Shown here: one piece after another, positions 26,515-39,911 of the stretch | Position numbering within the stretch: position 1 is the first letter of the stretch | Layout of the letters: every line of letters begins with the position of its first letter | DNA from: the human T2T-CHM13v2.0 reference genome, Homo sapiens | Assembly (NCBI RefSeq): GCF_009914755.1 | Contig: NC_060948.1 | Direction: 5' to 3' (one strand) | Length of the DNA: 64,000 nucleotides | The notes under the pieces: model-generated | Told to the model about the DNA's origin: nothing | The model's input: only the letters and a program-made list of their open reading frames with translations | Databases searched by the model: none | Translations under genes and position numbers: made by a program

Positions 26515-29500
26515 GGCCTGGAATAAAGTGGAATGCTACGGTCTCGAATGGAATAAAAATGTATGGAATGGAATGCAATGAAACGGAATCGAATGTCATA
26601 GAATGTAATGGAATGCAAAAAAATGGAATCCAAAATCATTGACTGGAAAGGCTGGGTGTCGAAAGGAATTGACTCCAATGGAATGGAATCGAATGGAATG
26701 GAAGTGAATAGAATCGAACTAAATCGTATGGAATGGAATTGATAGGAACGGAATGGAAAGGAATGCAATGATTTGGCATGGAATGGAATCGAATGGCATC
26801 GAATGGAATGGAATGGAATGCAATGGAATGGAATGTATTAGAATGGAATGAACTTTAATGGAATGTACTCGAATGGATTCGACTGGAATGGAATGTTCTG
26901 GAAGTGAATGGACTCCAATGGAATGGATTCAAAAGGAATGGAATCGTACGGAATGGAATCTAATGGAATGGAATTAAATGGAAATGAATCAAATTGAATA
27001 GCACGGAATTGAATTGAATGGAATGGAATGCAATGGAATCTAATGAAACGGAAAGGAAAGGAATGGAATGGAATGGAATGGGCTGGAATGGAAAGGAATC
27101 GAAACGAATGGAATGGAATCGAACTGAAGAGACTGGAATGGAATGCACTGGAATGGAAGGGAGTGTAATGGAAGGTTCTCGAAAAAAATGGAATCGAATG
27201 GAATGCAATTGAATGGAACGGAGTAGAGCCGAATGCAATTGAATGGAATGGAATGGACTAGAGTGAAATGGAATCGAACCACAAGGAATGGACAGGAATA
27301 GAATGGTCTCGAATTGAATGGAATCGTATGGAATGGCATCAAACGGAATGGAATGGACAGCCACGGAATGGAATGCACTCGAATGCAATGGAGTCGAATC
27401 TAATGGACAGGAATAGAATGGACGCGACTGGTACGGACTCCAATGGAATGGAATCGAATGGAAGGGAATCGAACGGAAGGGAATCGAATGGAATGGACTC
27501 GAAGGGAAAAGACTGTAATGGAAAGGTCTCGAATGGAATGGAAATTAATGGAATGGAATGGAATCGAATGAAATGGAGGCAAAAGGAATGGAATCGAATG
27601 GCAAGAAATCGAATGTAATGGAATCGCAAGGAATTGATGTGAACGGAACGGAATGGAATGGAATCCAAAGGAATGGAATAGAATGGAATGGAATCGAATG
27701 GAAAGGACTCGAATGGAAATCACTCGAATAGAATGCAATTTAATAAAATAGGATCAAATGTAATGGAATGGAATGGAAAGGAATCGAAACGAAAGGAATG
27801 GAGACAGATGGAATGGAATGGAACAGAGAGCAATGGTATAGAACGGAATGGAATCATCTGGAATGGAATTGAATGGAATGGAATAATATGAAATGGAAAG
27901 GAATGAAATGGAATGCCCTTGAATTAAATGGACTACAATGGGAATGGACTCGAACAGAGTGGAATGGAAAGTGTTGAAATAGAATGGAATTGACTCGTTT
28001 GGAATGGTCTAGTATGTAATGCAATCGACTGGCAGGGAATCAAAAGGAATGTAATCGAGTGGATTGGACTGGAATGCAATGGACTCGAATAGATTGGAAA
28101 CGGAATGCAAAGGAATGGAATGGAATAGTATGGAATGGAATGGAAAGGAATGGAGTGGAATAGACTAGAGTGGAATGGAATGGACTCGAAAGCAATGGAC
28201 TGGAATGGAACTTTCTTGAATGGACTGGAACCAAACGGAATGGAATGCAATGCAATCAAATGGCATGGAATAAGATAGAATGAAAGAGAATCAAATGGAA
28301 TTGAATCGAATGGAATCGAATGGATTGGAAAGGAATAGAATGGAATGGAATGGAATTGACTCAAATGGAATGGACTAGAATGGAATGGATTCGAATGGAA
28401 GGCAAAGGAATGGAATCTATCGGAATGCACTGTAATGGAATGGAATGGAAGGGATTGGAATGGATTCGAATGGAATGGACTGCAATAGAAAGGATTCGAA
28501 TGGAATGAAAAAGAATTGAATGGAATAGAACAGAATGGAATCAAATCGAATGAAATGGAATGGAATAGAAAGGAATGGAATGAAATGGAATGGAAAGGAT
28601 TCGAATGGAATGCAATCGAATGGAATGGAATCGAACGGAATGGAATAAAATGGAAGAAAACTGGCAAGAAATGGAATCGAAATGAATGGAGTGTTTTGGA
28701 ACGGACTCAAAAGGAATTGAATGTAATAGAATGGAGTGGAGTGGACTCGAATATAATGGACTGGAATGGAATGAAATCACATGGAATGGGAACGAATGGA
28801 ATGGAATGGAAAGGAATGGAATCGAATGGAAAGCAATCGAATGGAAGGGAATGAAATTGAATCAACAGGAATGGAAGGGAATAGAATAGACTGTAATGGA
28901 ATGGACTCGAATAGAATGGACACGAATGCTCAAATTGAATGGACTCGAATGGAATGGAAACGAAAGGAATGTCATCGAATGGAATTGAATCGATTGGAAT
29001 GAAATCGCATAGAATGGAGTGGAATCAAATGGAATTGAATCGAAAGGAAAGGAAGCGAATGGACTGAAATGAAATGGAATGGAATTGAATGGAAAGTAAT
29101 GCAATGGAATAGAATGGAACGAAATTTCACGGAATGGAATCAAACTGAATGGAATCAAATCAATGGAATCTAATCAAATGGAATGGAAAGGAATTGAATG
29201 GAGTAGATTGGATTGGATGGGATTGGAATGAAATGTACTGGAAAGGACTCGAATTTCATGAAACGGAATGGAATGAATTGGAACGGAATGGACTCGAATG
29301 GAATGGAATGTCATGGAATGGTATCAAATGGAATGCCATCAAATGGAATGGAATCGAATGCAATGGAATGTTATGGAATGGAATGGAATGCATTGGAATG
29401 GAATGTCCTCTAATGGAATGGATTCGAGTGGAATGGAATCGAATATAATGGAGTCGAATGAAATGGAATTGAAAGGAATGGGATCGAATAGAATGGAATA

Positions 29501-30089
29501 TACTGGAATGTAATGTAATGAACTCGAATGTAATTGACTGGAATGGAATGTACATGAATGGAATGTAATCGAATGGAAAGTAATCCAATGGAATAGAATC
29601 TAATGCAATAAAACCGACTCAGATAGAGTAGAATGTAATGGAATGGAGTGCAGTGCAATGAAATGGAATGGAATTGAATGCAATGGAATGGAATGGAATG
29701 GAATGGAATGGAATGGAATGGAATTGGATGGAATGGTATGGAATGGATAGTAATGGACTGGAGTGAAATGGACTGGAAAGGAATGGACTCAAATTGAAAG
29801 GTCTCGAAAGGAATGGAGTCAAATGGAATGGTCTGGAATGGAATGAACACGAATGTAATGCAATCCAATAGAATGGAATCGAATGGCATGGAATATAAAG
29901 AAATGGAATCGAAGAGAATGGAAACAAATGGAATGGAATTGAATGGAATGGAATTGAATGGAATGGGAACGAATGGAGTGAAATTGTATGCAGTAGAAGG
30001 GAATAGAATGGAATGCAAGCGAAAGGAAAGGAATGGATTGGAATGGAATGGAATTCATTGGAATGGAAGGGAATGTAGTGTAATGGACA
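26515..30089. repeat. DYZ1 monomer 8 (3575 bp, divergent subtype)
   Basis: GGCC-to-GGCC interval; shares the private variants of monomer 6 at a 6256 offset. Confidence 0.9.
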
Positions 30090-33000
30090 GGCCTGGAATA
30101 AAGTGGAATGCTACGGTCTCGAATGGAATAAAAATGTATGGAATGGAATGCAATGAAACGGAATCGAATGTCATAGAATGTAATGGAATGCAACAAAATG
30201 GAATCCAAAATCATTGACTGGAAAGGCTGGGTGTCGAAAGGAATTGACTCCAATGGAATGGAATCGAATGGAATGGAAGTGAATAGAATCGAACTAAATC
30301 GAATGGAATGGAATTGATAGGAACGGAATGGAAAGGAATGCAATGATTTGGCATGGAATGGAATCGAATGGCATCGAATGGAATGGAATGGAATGCAATG
30401 GAATGGAATGTATTAGAATGTAATGAACTTTAATGGAATGTACTCGAATGGATTCGACTGGAATGGAATGTTCTGGAAGTGAATGGACTCCAATGGAATG
30501 GATTCAAAAGGAATGGAATCGTACGGAATGGAATCTAATGGAATGGAATTAAATGGAAATGAATCAAATTGAATAGCACGGAATTGAATTGAATGGAATG
30601 GAATGCAATGGAATCTAATGAAACGGAAAGGAAAGGAATGGAATGGAATGGAATGGACTGGAATGGAAAGGAATCGAAACGAATGGAATGGAATCGAACT
30701 GAAGAGACAGGAATGGAATGCACTGGAATGGAAGGGAGTGTAATGGAAGGTTCTCGAAAAAAATGGAATCGAATGGAATGGAATTGAATGGAACGGAATA
30801 GAGTCGAATGGAATTGAATGGAATGGAATGGACTAGAGTGAAATGGAATCGAACCACAAGGAATGGACAGGAATAGAATGGTCTCGAATTGAATGGAATC
30901 GTATGGAATGGCATCAAACGGAATGGAATGGACAGCCACGGAATGGAATGCACTCGAATGCAATGGAGTCGAAACTAATGGACTGGAATAGAATGGACTC
31001 GACTGGTACGGACTCCAATGGAATGGAATCGAATGGAAGGGAATCGAAAGGAATGGACTCGAAGGGAAAAGACTGCAATGGAAAGGTCTCGAATGGAATG
31101 GAAATTAATGGAATGGAATGGAATCGAATGAAATGGAGTCAAAAGGAATGGAATCGAATGGCAAGAAATCGAATGTAATGGAATCGCAAGGAATTGATGT
31201 GAACGGAACGGAATGGAATGGAATCCAAAGGAATGGAATAGAATGGAATGGAATCGAATGGAAAGGACTCGAATGGAAATCACTCGAATAGAATGCAATT
31301 TAATAAAATAGGATCAAATGTAATGGAATGGAATGGAAAGGAATCGAAACGAAAGGAATGGAGACAGATGGAATGGAATGGAACAGAGAGCAATGGTATA
31401 GAATGGAATGGAATCATCTGGAATGGAATTGAATGGAATGGAATAATATGAAATGGAATGGAATGGAATGGAATGGAATGCCCTTGAATTAAATGGACTG
31501 GAATGGAATGGACTCGAACAGAGTGGAATGGAAAGTGTTGAGATAGAATGGAATGGACTCCTTTGGAATGGTGTACTATGCAATGCAATCGACTGGCAGG
31601 GAATCAAAAGGAATGTAATCGAATGGATTGGACTGGAATGCAATGGACTCGAATAGATTGCAAACGGAATGCAAAGGAATGGAATGGAATAGTATGGAAT
31701 GGAATGGAAAGGAATGGAGTGGAATAGACTAGAGTGGAATGGAATGGACTGGAAAGCAATGGACTGGAATGGAACTTTCTTGAATGGACTGGAATCAAAC
31801 GGAATGGAATGCAATGCAATCAAAAGGCATGGAATAAAATAGAATGAAAGAGAATCAAATGGAATTGAATCGAATGGAATCGAATGGATTGGAAAGGAAT
31901 AGAATGGAATGGAATGGAATGGACTAGAATGGAATGGATTCGAATGGAAGGCAAAGGAATGGAATCTATTGGAATGGACTGTAATGGAATGGAATGGAAG
32001 GGATTGGAATGGACTCGAATGGAATTGACTGCAATAGATAGGATTCGAATGGAATGAAAAAGAATTGAATGGAATAGAACAGAATGGAATCAAATCGAAT
32101 GAAATGGAATGGAATAGAAAGGAATGGAATGAAATGGAATGGAAAGGATTCGAATGGAATGCAATCGAATGGAATGGAATCGAACGGAATGGAATAAAAT
32201 GGAAGAAAACTGGCAAGAAAGGGAATCGATATGAATGGAGTGTTATGGAACGGACTCAAAAGGAATTGAATGTAATAGAATGGAGTGGAGTGGACTCGAA
32301 TATAATGGACTGGAATGGAATGAAATCACATGGAATGGGAACGAATGGAATGGAATGGAAAGGAATGGAATCGAATGGAAAGGAATCGAATGGAAGGGAA
32401 TGAAATTGAATCAACAGGAATGGAAGGGAATAGAATAGACGGTAATGGAATGGACTCGAATAGAATGGACACGAATGCTCAAATTGAATGGACTCGAATG
32501 GAATGGAAACGAAAGGAATGTCATCGAATGGAATTGAATCGATTGGAATGAAATCGCATAGAATGGAGTGGAATCAAATGGAATTGAATCGAAAGGAAAG
32601 GAAACGAATGGACTGAAATGAAATGGAATGGAATTGAATGGAAAGTAATGCAATGGAATAGAATGGAACGAAATTTCACGGAATGGAATCAAACTGAATG
32701 GAATCAAATCAATGGAATCCAATCAAATGGAATGGAGTAGATTGGATTGGATGGGATTGGAATGAAATGTACTGGAAAGGACTCGAATTTCATGAAACGG
32801 AATGGAATGAATTGGAACGGAATGGACTCGAATGGAATGGAATGTCATAGAATGGCATCAAATGGAATGGCATCAAATGGAATGGAATCGAATGCAATGG
32901 AATGCTATGGAATGGAATGGAATGCATTGGAATGGAATGTCCTCTAATGGAATGGATTCGAGTGGAATGGAATCGAATATAATGGAGTCGAATGAAATGG

Positions 33001-33633
33001 AATTGAAAGGAATGGGATCGAATACAATGGAATATACTGGAATGTAATGTAATGAACTGGAATGTAATTGACTGGAATGGAATGTACATGAATGGAATGT
33101 AATCGAATGGAAAGTAATCCAATGGAATAGAATCTAATGCAATAAAATCGACTCAGATAGAGTAGAATGTAATGGAATGGAGTGCAGTGCAATGGAATGG
33201 AATGGAATGGAATGCAATGGAATGGAATGGAATGGAATGGAATGGAATGGAATGGAATGGAATGGAATGGGATGGAATGGTATGGAATGGATAGTAATGG
33301 ACTGGAGTGAAATGGACTGGAAAGGAATGGACTCAAATTGAAAGGGCTCGAAAGGAATGGAGTCAAATGGAATGGTCTGGAATGGAATGAACACGAATGT
33401 AATGCAATCCAATAGAATGGAATCGAATGGCATGGAATATAAAGAAATGGAATCGGAGAGAATGGAAACAAATGGAATGGAAATGAATGGAATGGAATTG
33501 AATGGAATGGGAACGAATGGAGTGAAATTGTATGCAGTAGAAGGGAATAGAATGGAATGCAAGCGAAAGGAAAGGAATGGATTGGAATGGAATGGAATTC
33601 ATTGGAATGGAAGGGAATGTAGTGTAATGGACA
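30090..33633. repeat. DYZ1 monomer 9 (3544 bp)
   Basis: GGCC-to-GGCC interval; 15-bp deletions near 31045, 31920 and 32730. Confidence 0.9.
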
Positions 33634-36337
33634 GGCCTGGAATAAAGTGGAATGCTACGGTCTCGAATGGAATAAAAATGTATGGAATGGAATGCAATGA
33701 AATGGAATCGAATGTCATAGAATATAATGGAATGCAAAAAAATGGAATCCAATATCATTGACTGGAAAGGCTGGGTGTCGAAAGGAATTGACTCCAATGG
33801 AATGGAATCGAATGGAATGGAGTCAAAAGGAATGGAATCGAATGGCAAGAAATCGAATTTAATGGAATCGCAAGGAATTGATGTGAACGGAACGGAATGG
33901 AATGGAATCCAAAGGAATGGAATAGAATGGAATGGAATCGAATGGAAAGGACTCGAATGGAAATCACTCGAATAGAATGCAATTTAATAAAATAGGATCA
34001 AATGTAATATAATGGAATGGAAAGGAATCGAAACGGAAGGAATGGAGACAGGTGGAATGGAATGGAACAGAGAGCAATGGTATAGAATGGAATGGAATCA
34101 TCTGGAATGGAATTGAATGGAATGGAATAATATGAAATGGAATGGAATGGAATGGAATGGAATGCCCTTGAATTAAATGGACTGGACTCGAACAGAGTGG
34201 AATGGAAAGTGTTGAGATAGAATGGAATGGACTCCTTTGGAATGGTGTAGTATGCAATGCAATCGACTGGCAGGGAATCAAAAGGAATGTAATCGAATGG
34301 ATTGGACTGGAATGCAATGGACTCGAATAGATTGGAAACGGAATGCAAAGGAATGGAATGGAATAGTATGGAATGCAATGGAAGGGAATGGAGTGGAATA
34401 GACTAGAGTGGAATGGAATGGACTGGAAAGCAATGGACTGGAATGGAACTTTCTTGGATGGATTGGAATCAAACGGAATGGAATGCAATGCAATCAAATG
34501 GCATGGAATAAAATAGAATGAAAGAGAATCAAATGGAATTGAATTGAATGGAATCGAATGGATTGGAAAGGAATAGAATGGAATGGAATGGAATTGACTC
34601 AAATGGAATGGACTAGAATGGAATGGATTCGAATGGAAGGCAAAGGAATGGAATCTATTGGAATGGACTGTAATGGAATGGAATGGAAGGGATTGGAATG
34701 GACTCGAATGGAATGGACTGCAATAGAAAGGATTCGAATGGAATGAAAAAGAATTGAATGGAATAGAACAGAATGGAATCAAATCGAATGAAATGGAATG
34801 GAATAGAAAGGAATGGAATGAAATGGAATGGAAAGGATTCGAATGGAATGCAATCGAATGGAATGGAATCGAACGGAATGGAATAAAATGGAAGAAAACT
34901 GGCAAGAAATGGAATCGAAATGAATGGAGTGTTATGGAACGGACTCAAAAGGAATTGAATGTAATAGAATGGAGTGGAGTGGACTCGAATATAATGGACT
35001 GGAATGGAATGAAATCACATGGAATGGGAACGAATGGAATGGAATGGAAAGGAATGGAATCGAATGGAAAGGAATCGAATGGAAGGGAATGAAATTGAAT
35101 CAACACGAATGGAAGGGAATAGAATAGACTGTAATGGAATGGACTCGAATAGAATGGACACGAATGCTCAAATTAAATGGACTCGAATGGAATGGAAACG
35201 AAAGGAATGTCATCGAATGGAATTGAATCGATTGGAATGAAATCGCATAGAATGGAGTGGAATCAAATGGAATTGAATCGAAAGGAAAGGAAGCGAATGG
35301 ACTGAAATGAAATGGAACGGAATTGAATGGAAAGTAATGCAATGGAATAGAATGGAACGAAATTTCACGGAATGGAATCAAACTGAATGGAATCAAATCA
35401 ATGGAATCAAATCAAATGGAATGGAAAGGAATTGAATGGAGTAGATGGGATTGGATGGGATTGGAATGAAATGTACTGGAAAGGACTCGAATTTCATGAA
35501 ACGGAATGGAATGAATTGGAACGGAATGGACTCGAATGGAATGGAATGTCATGGGATGGCATCAAATGGAATGGCATCAAATGGAATGGAATCGAATGCA
35601 ATGGAATGCTATGGAATGGAATGGAATGCATTGGAATGGAATGTCCTCTAATGGAATGGATTCGAGTGGAATGGAATGGAATATAATGGAGTCGAATGAA
35701 ATGGAATTGAAAGGAATGGGATCGAATACAATGGAATATACTGGAATGTAACGTAATGAACGCGAATGTAATTGACTGGAATGGAATGTACATGAATGGA
35801 ATGTAATCGAATGGAAAGTAATCCAATGGAATAGAATCTAATGCAATAAAATCGACTCAGATAGAGTAGAATGTAATGGAATGGAGTGCAGTGCAATGGA
35901 ATGGAATGGAATGGAATGCAATGGAATGGAATGGAATGGAATGGAATGGAATGGAATGGAATGGAATGGAATGGGATGGAATGGTATGGAATGGATAGTA
36001 ATGGACTGGAGTGAAATGGACTGGAAAGGAATGGACTCAAATTGAAAGGGCTCGAAAGGAATGGAGTCAAATGGAATGGTCTGGAATGGAATGAACACGA
36101 ATGTAATGCAACCCAATAGAATGGAATCGAATGGCATGGAATATAAAGAAATGGAATCGAAGAGAATGGAAACAAATGGAATGGAATTGAATGGAATGGA
36201 ATTGAATGGAATGGGAACGAATGGAGTGAAATTGTATGCAGTAGAAGAGAATAGAATGGAATGCAAGCGAAAGGAAAGGAATGGATTGGAATGGAATGGA
36301 ATTCATTGGAATGGAAGGGAATGTAGTGTAATGGACA
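33634..36337. repeat. DYZ1 monomer 10, internally deleted (2704 bp; ~875 bp missing)
   Basis: At 33816-33821, GACTCCAATGGAATGGAATCGAATGGAATGGA is joined to GTCAAAAGG. These landmarks are 875 bp apart in an intact monomer (2751 vs 3626). Confidence 0.92.
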
Positions 36338-39300
36338 GGCCTGGAATAAAGTGGAATGCTACGGTCTCGAATGGAATAAAAATGTATGGAATGGAATGCA
36401 ATGAAACGGAATCGAATGTCATAGAATGTAATGGAATGCAAAAAAAAGGAATCCAAAATCATTGACTGGAAAGGCTGGGTGTCGAAAGGAATTGACTCCA
36501 ATGGAATGGAATCGAATGGAATGGAAGTGAATAGAATCGAACTAAATCGAATGGAATGGAATTGATAGGAACGGAATGGAAAGGAATGCAATGATTTGGC
36601 ATGGAATGGAATCGAATGGCATCGAATGGAATGGAATGGATTGCAATGGAATGGAATGTATTAGAATGTAATGAACTTTAATGGAATGTACTCGAATGGA
36701 TTCGACTGGAATGGAATGTTCTGGAAGTGAATGGACTCCAATGGAATGGATTCAAAAGGAATGGAATCGTACGGAATGGAATCTAATGGAATGGAATTAA
36801 ATGGAAATGAATCAAATTGAATAGCACGGAATTGAATTGAATGGAATGGAATGCAATGGAATCTAATGAAACGGAAAGGAAAGGAATGGAATGGAATGGA
36901 ATGGGCTGGAATGGAAAGGAATCGAAACGAATGGAATGGAATCGAACTGAAGAGACTGGAATGGAATGCACTGGAATGGAAGGGAGTGTAATGGAAGGTT
37001 CTCGAAAAAAATGGAATCGAATGGAATGGAATTGAATGGAACGGAATAGAGTCGAATGGAATTGAATGGAATGGAATGGACTAGAGTGAAATGGAATCGA
37101 ACCACAAGGAATGGACAGGAATAGAATGGTCTCGAATTGAATGGAATCGTATGGAATGGCATCAAACGGAATGGAATGGACAGCCACGGAATGGAATGCA
37201 CTCGAATGCAATGGAGTCGAAACTAATGGACTGGAATAGAATGGACTCGACTGGTACGGACTCCAATGGAATGGAATCGAATGGAAGGGAATCGAACGGA
37301 AGGGATTCGAACGGAATGGACTCGAAGGGAAAAGACTGCAATGGAAAGGTCTCGAATGGAATGGTAATTAATGGAATGGAATGGAATCGAATGAAATGGA
37401 GTCAAAAGGAATGGAATCGAATGGCAAGAAATCGAATGTAATGGAATCGCAAGGAATTGATGTGAACGGAACGGAATGGAATGGAATCCAAAGGAATGGA
37501 ATAGAATGGAATGGAATCGAATGGAAATGACTCCAATGGAAATCACTCGAATAGAATGCAATTTAATAAAGTAGGATCAAATGTAATGGAATGGAATGGA
37601 AAGGAATCGAAACGAAAGGAATGGAGACAGATGGAATGGAATGGAACAGAGAGCAATGGTATAGAATGGAATGGAATCATCTGGAATGGAATTGAATGGA
37701 ATGGAATAATATGAAATGGAATGGAATGGAATGGAATGGAATGCCCTTGAATTAAATGGACTGGACTCAAACAGAGTGGAATGGAAAGTGTGGAGATAGA
37801 ATGGAATGAACTCCTTTGGAATGGTGTAGTATGCAATGCAATCGACTGGCAGGGAATCAAAAGGAATGTAATCGAATGGATTGGACTGGAATGCAATGGA
37901 CTCGAATAGATTGGAAACGGAATGCAAAGGAATGGAATGGAATAGTATGGAATGCAATGGAAGGGAATGGAGTGGAATAGACTAGAGTGGAATGGAATGG
38001 ACTGGAAAGCAATGGACTGGAATGGAACTTTCTTGGATGGACTGGAATCAAACGGAATGGAATACAATGCAATCAAATGGCATGGAATAAAATAGAATGA
38101 AAGAGAATCAAATGGAATTGAATCGAATGGAATCGAATGGATTGGAAAGGAATAGAATGGAATGGAATGGAATTGACTCAAATGGAATGGACTAGAATGG
38201 AATGGATTCGAATGGAAGGCAAAGGAATGGAATCTATTGGAATGGACTGTAATGGAATGGAATGGAAGGGATTGGAATGGACTCGAATGGAATGGACTGC
38301 AATAGAAAGGATTCGAATGGAATGAAAAAGAATTGAATGGAATAGAACAGAATGGAATCAAATCGAATGAAATGGAATGGAATAGAAAGGAATGGAATGA
38401 AATGGAATGGAAAGGATTCGAATGGAATGCAATCGAATGGAATGGAATCGAACGGAATGGAATAAAATGGAAGAAAACTGGCAAGAAATGGAATCGAAAT
38501 GAATGGAGTGTTATGGAACGGACTCAAAAGGAATTGAATGTAATAGAATGGAGTGGAGTGGACTCGAATATAATGGACTGGAATGGAATGAAATCACATG
38601 GAATGGGAACGAATGGAATGGAATGGAAAGGAATGGAATCGAATGGAAAGGAATCGAATGGAAGGGAATGAAATTGAATCAACACGAATGGAAGGGAATA
38701 GAATACACTGTAATGGAATGGACTCGAATAGAATGGACACGAATGCTCAAATTAAATGGACTCGAATGGAATGGAAACGAAAGGAATGTCATCGAATGGA
38801 ATTGAATCGATTGGAATGAAATCGCATAGAATGGAGTGGAATCAAATGGAATTGAATCGAAAGGAAAGGAAGCGAATGGACTGAAATGAAATGGAATGGA
38901 ATTGAATGGAAAGTAATGCAATGGAATAGAATGGAACGAAATTTCACGGAATGGAATCAAACTGAATGGAATCAAATCAATGGAATCAAATCAAATGGAA
39001 TGGAAAGGAATTGAATGGAGTAGATGGGATTGGATGGGACTGGAATGAAATGTACTGGAAAGGACTCGAATTTCATGAAACGGAATGGAATGAATTGGAA
39101 CGGAATGGACTCGAATGGAATGGAATGTCATGGGATGGCATCAAATGGAATGACATCAAATGGAATGGAATCGAATGCAATGGAATGCTATGGAATGGAA
39201 TGGAATGCATTGGAATGGAATGTCCGCTAATGGAATGGATTCGAGTGGAATGGAATTGAATATAATGGAGTCGAATGAAATGGAATTGAAAGGAATGGGA

Positions 39301-39911
39301 TCGAATACAATGGAATATACTGGAATGTAACGTAATGAACTCGAATGTAATTGACTGGAATGGAATGTAAATGAATGGAATGTAATCGAATGGAAAGTAA
39401 TCCAATGGAATAGAATCTAATGCAATAAAATCGACTCAGATAGAGTAGAATGTAATGGAATGGAGTGCAGTGCAATGGAATGGAATGGAATGGAATGCAA
39501 TGGAATGGAATGGAATGGAAAGGAATGGAATGGAATGGAATGGAATGGGATGGAATGGTATGGAATGGATAGTAATGGACTGGAGTGAAATGGACTGGAA
39601 AGGAATGGACTCAAATTGAAAGGGCTCGAAAGGAATGGAGTCAAATTGAATGGTCTGGAATGGAATGAACACGAATGTAATGCAACCCAATAGAATGGAA
39701 TCGAATGGCATGGAATATAAAGAAATGGAATCGAAGAGAATGGAAACAAATGGAATGGAATTGAATGGAATGGAATTGAATGGAATGGGAACGAATGGAG
39801 TGAAATTGTATGCAGTAGAAGAGAATAGAATGGAATGCAAGCGAAAGGAAAGGAATGGATTGGAATGGAATGGAATTCATTGGAATGGAAGGGAATGTAG
39901 TGTAATGGACA
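36338..39911. repeat. DYZ1 monomer 11 (3574 bp)
   Basis: GGCC-to-GGCC interval. Confidence 0.9.
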
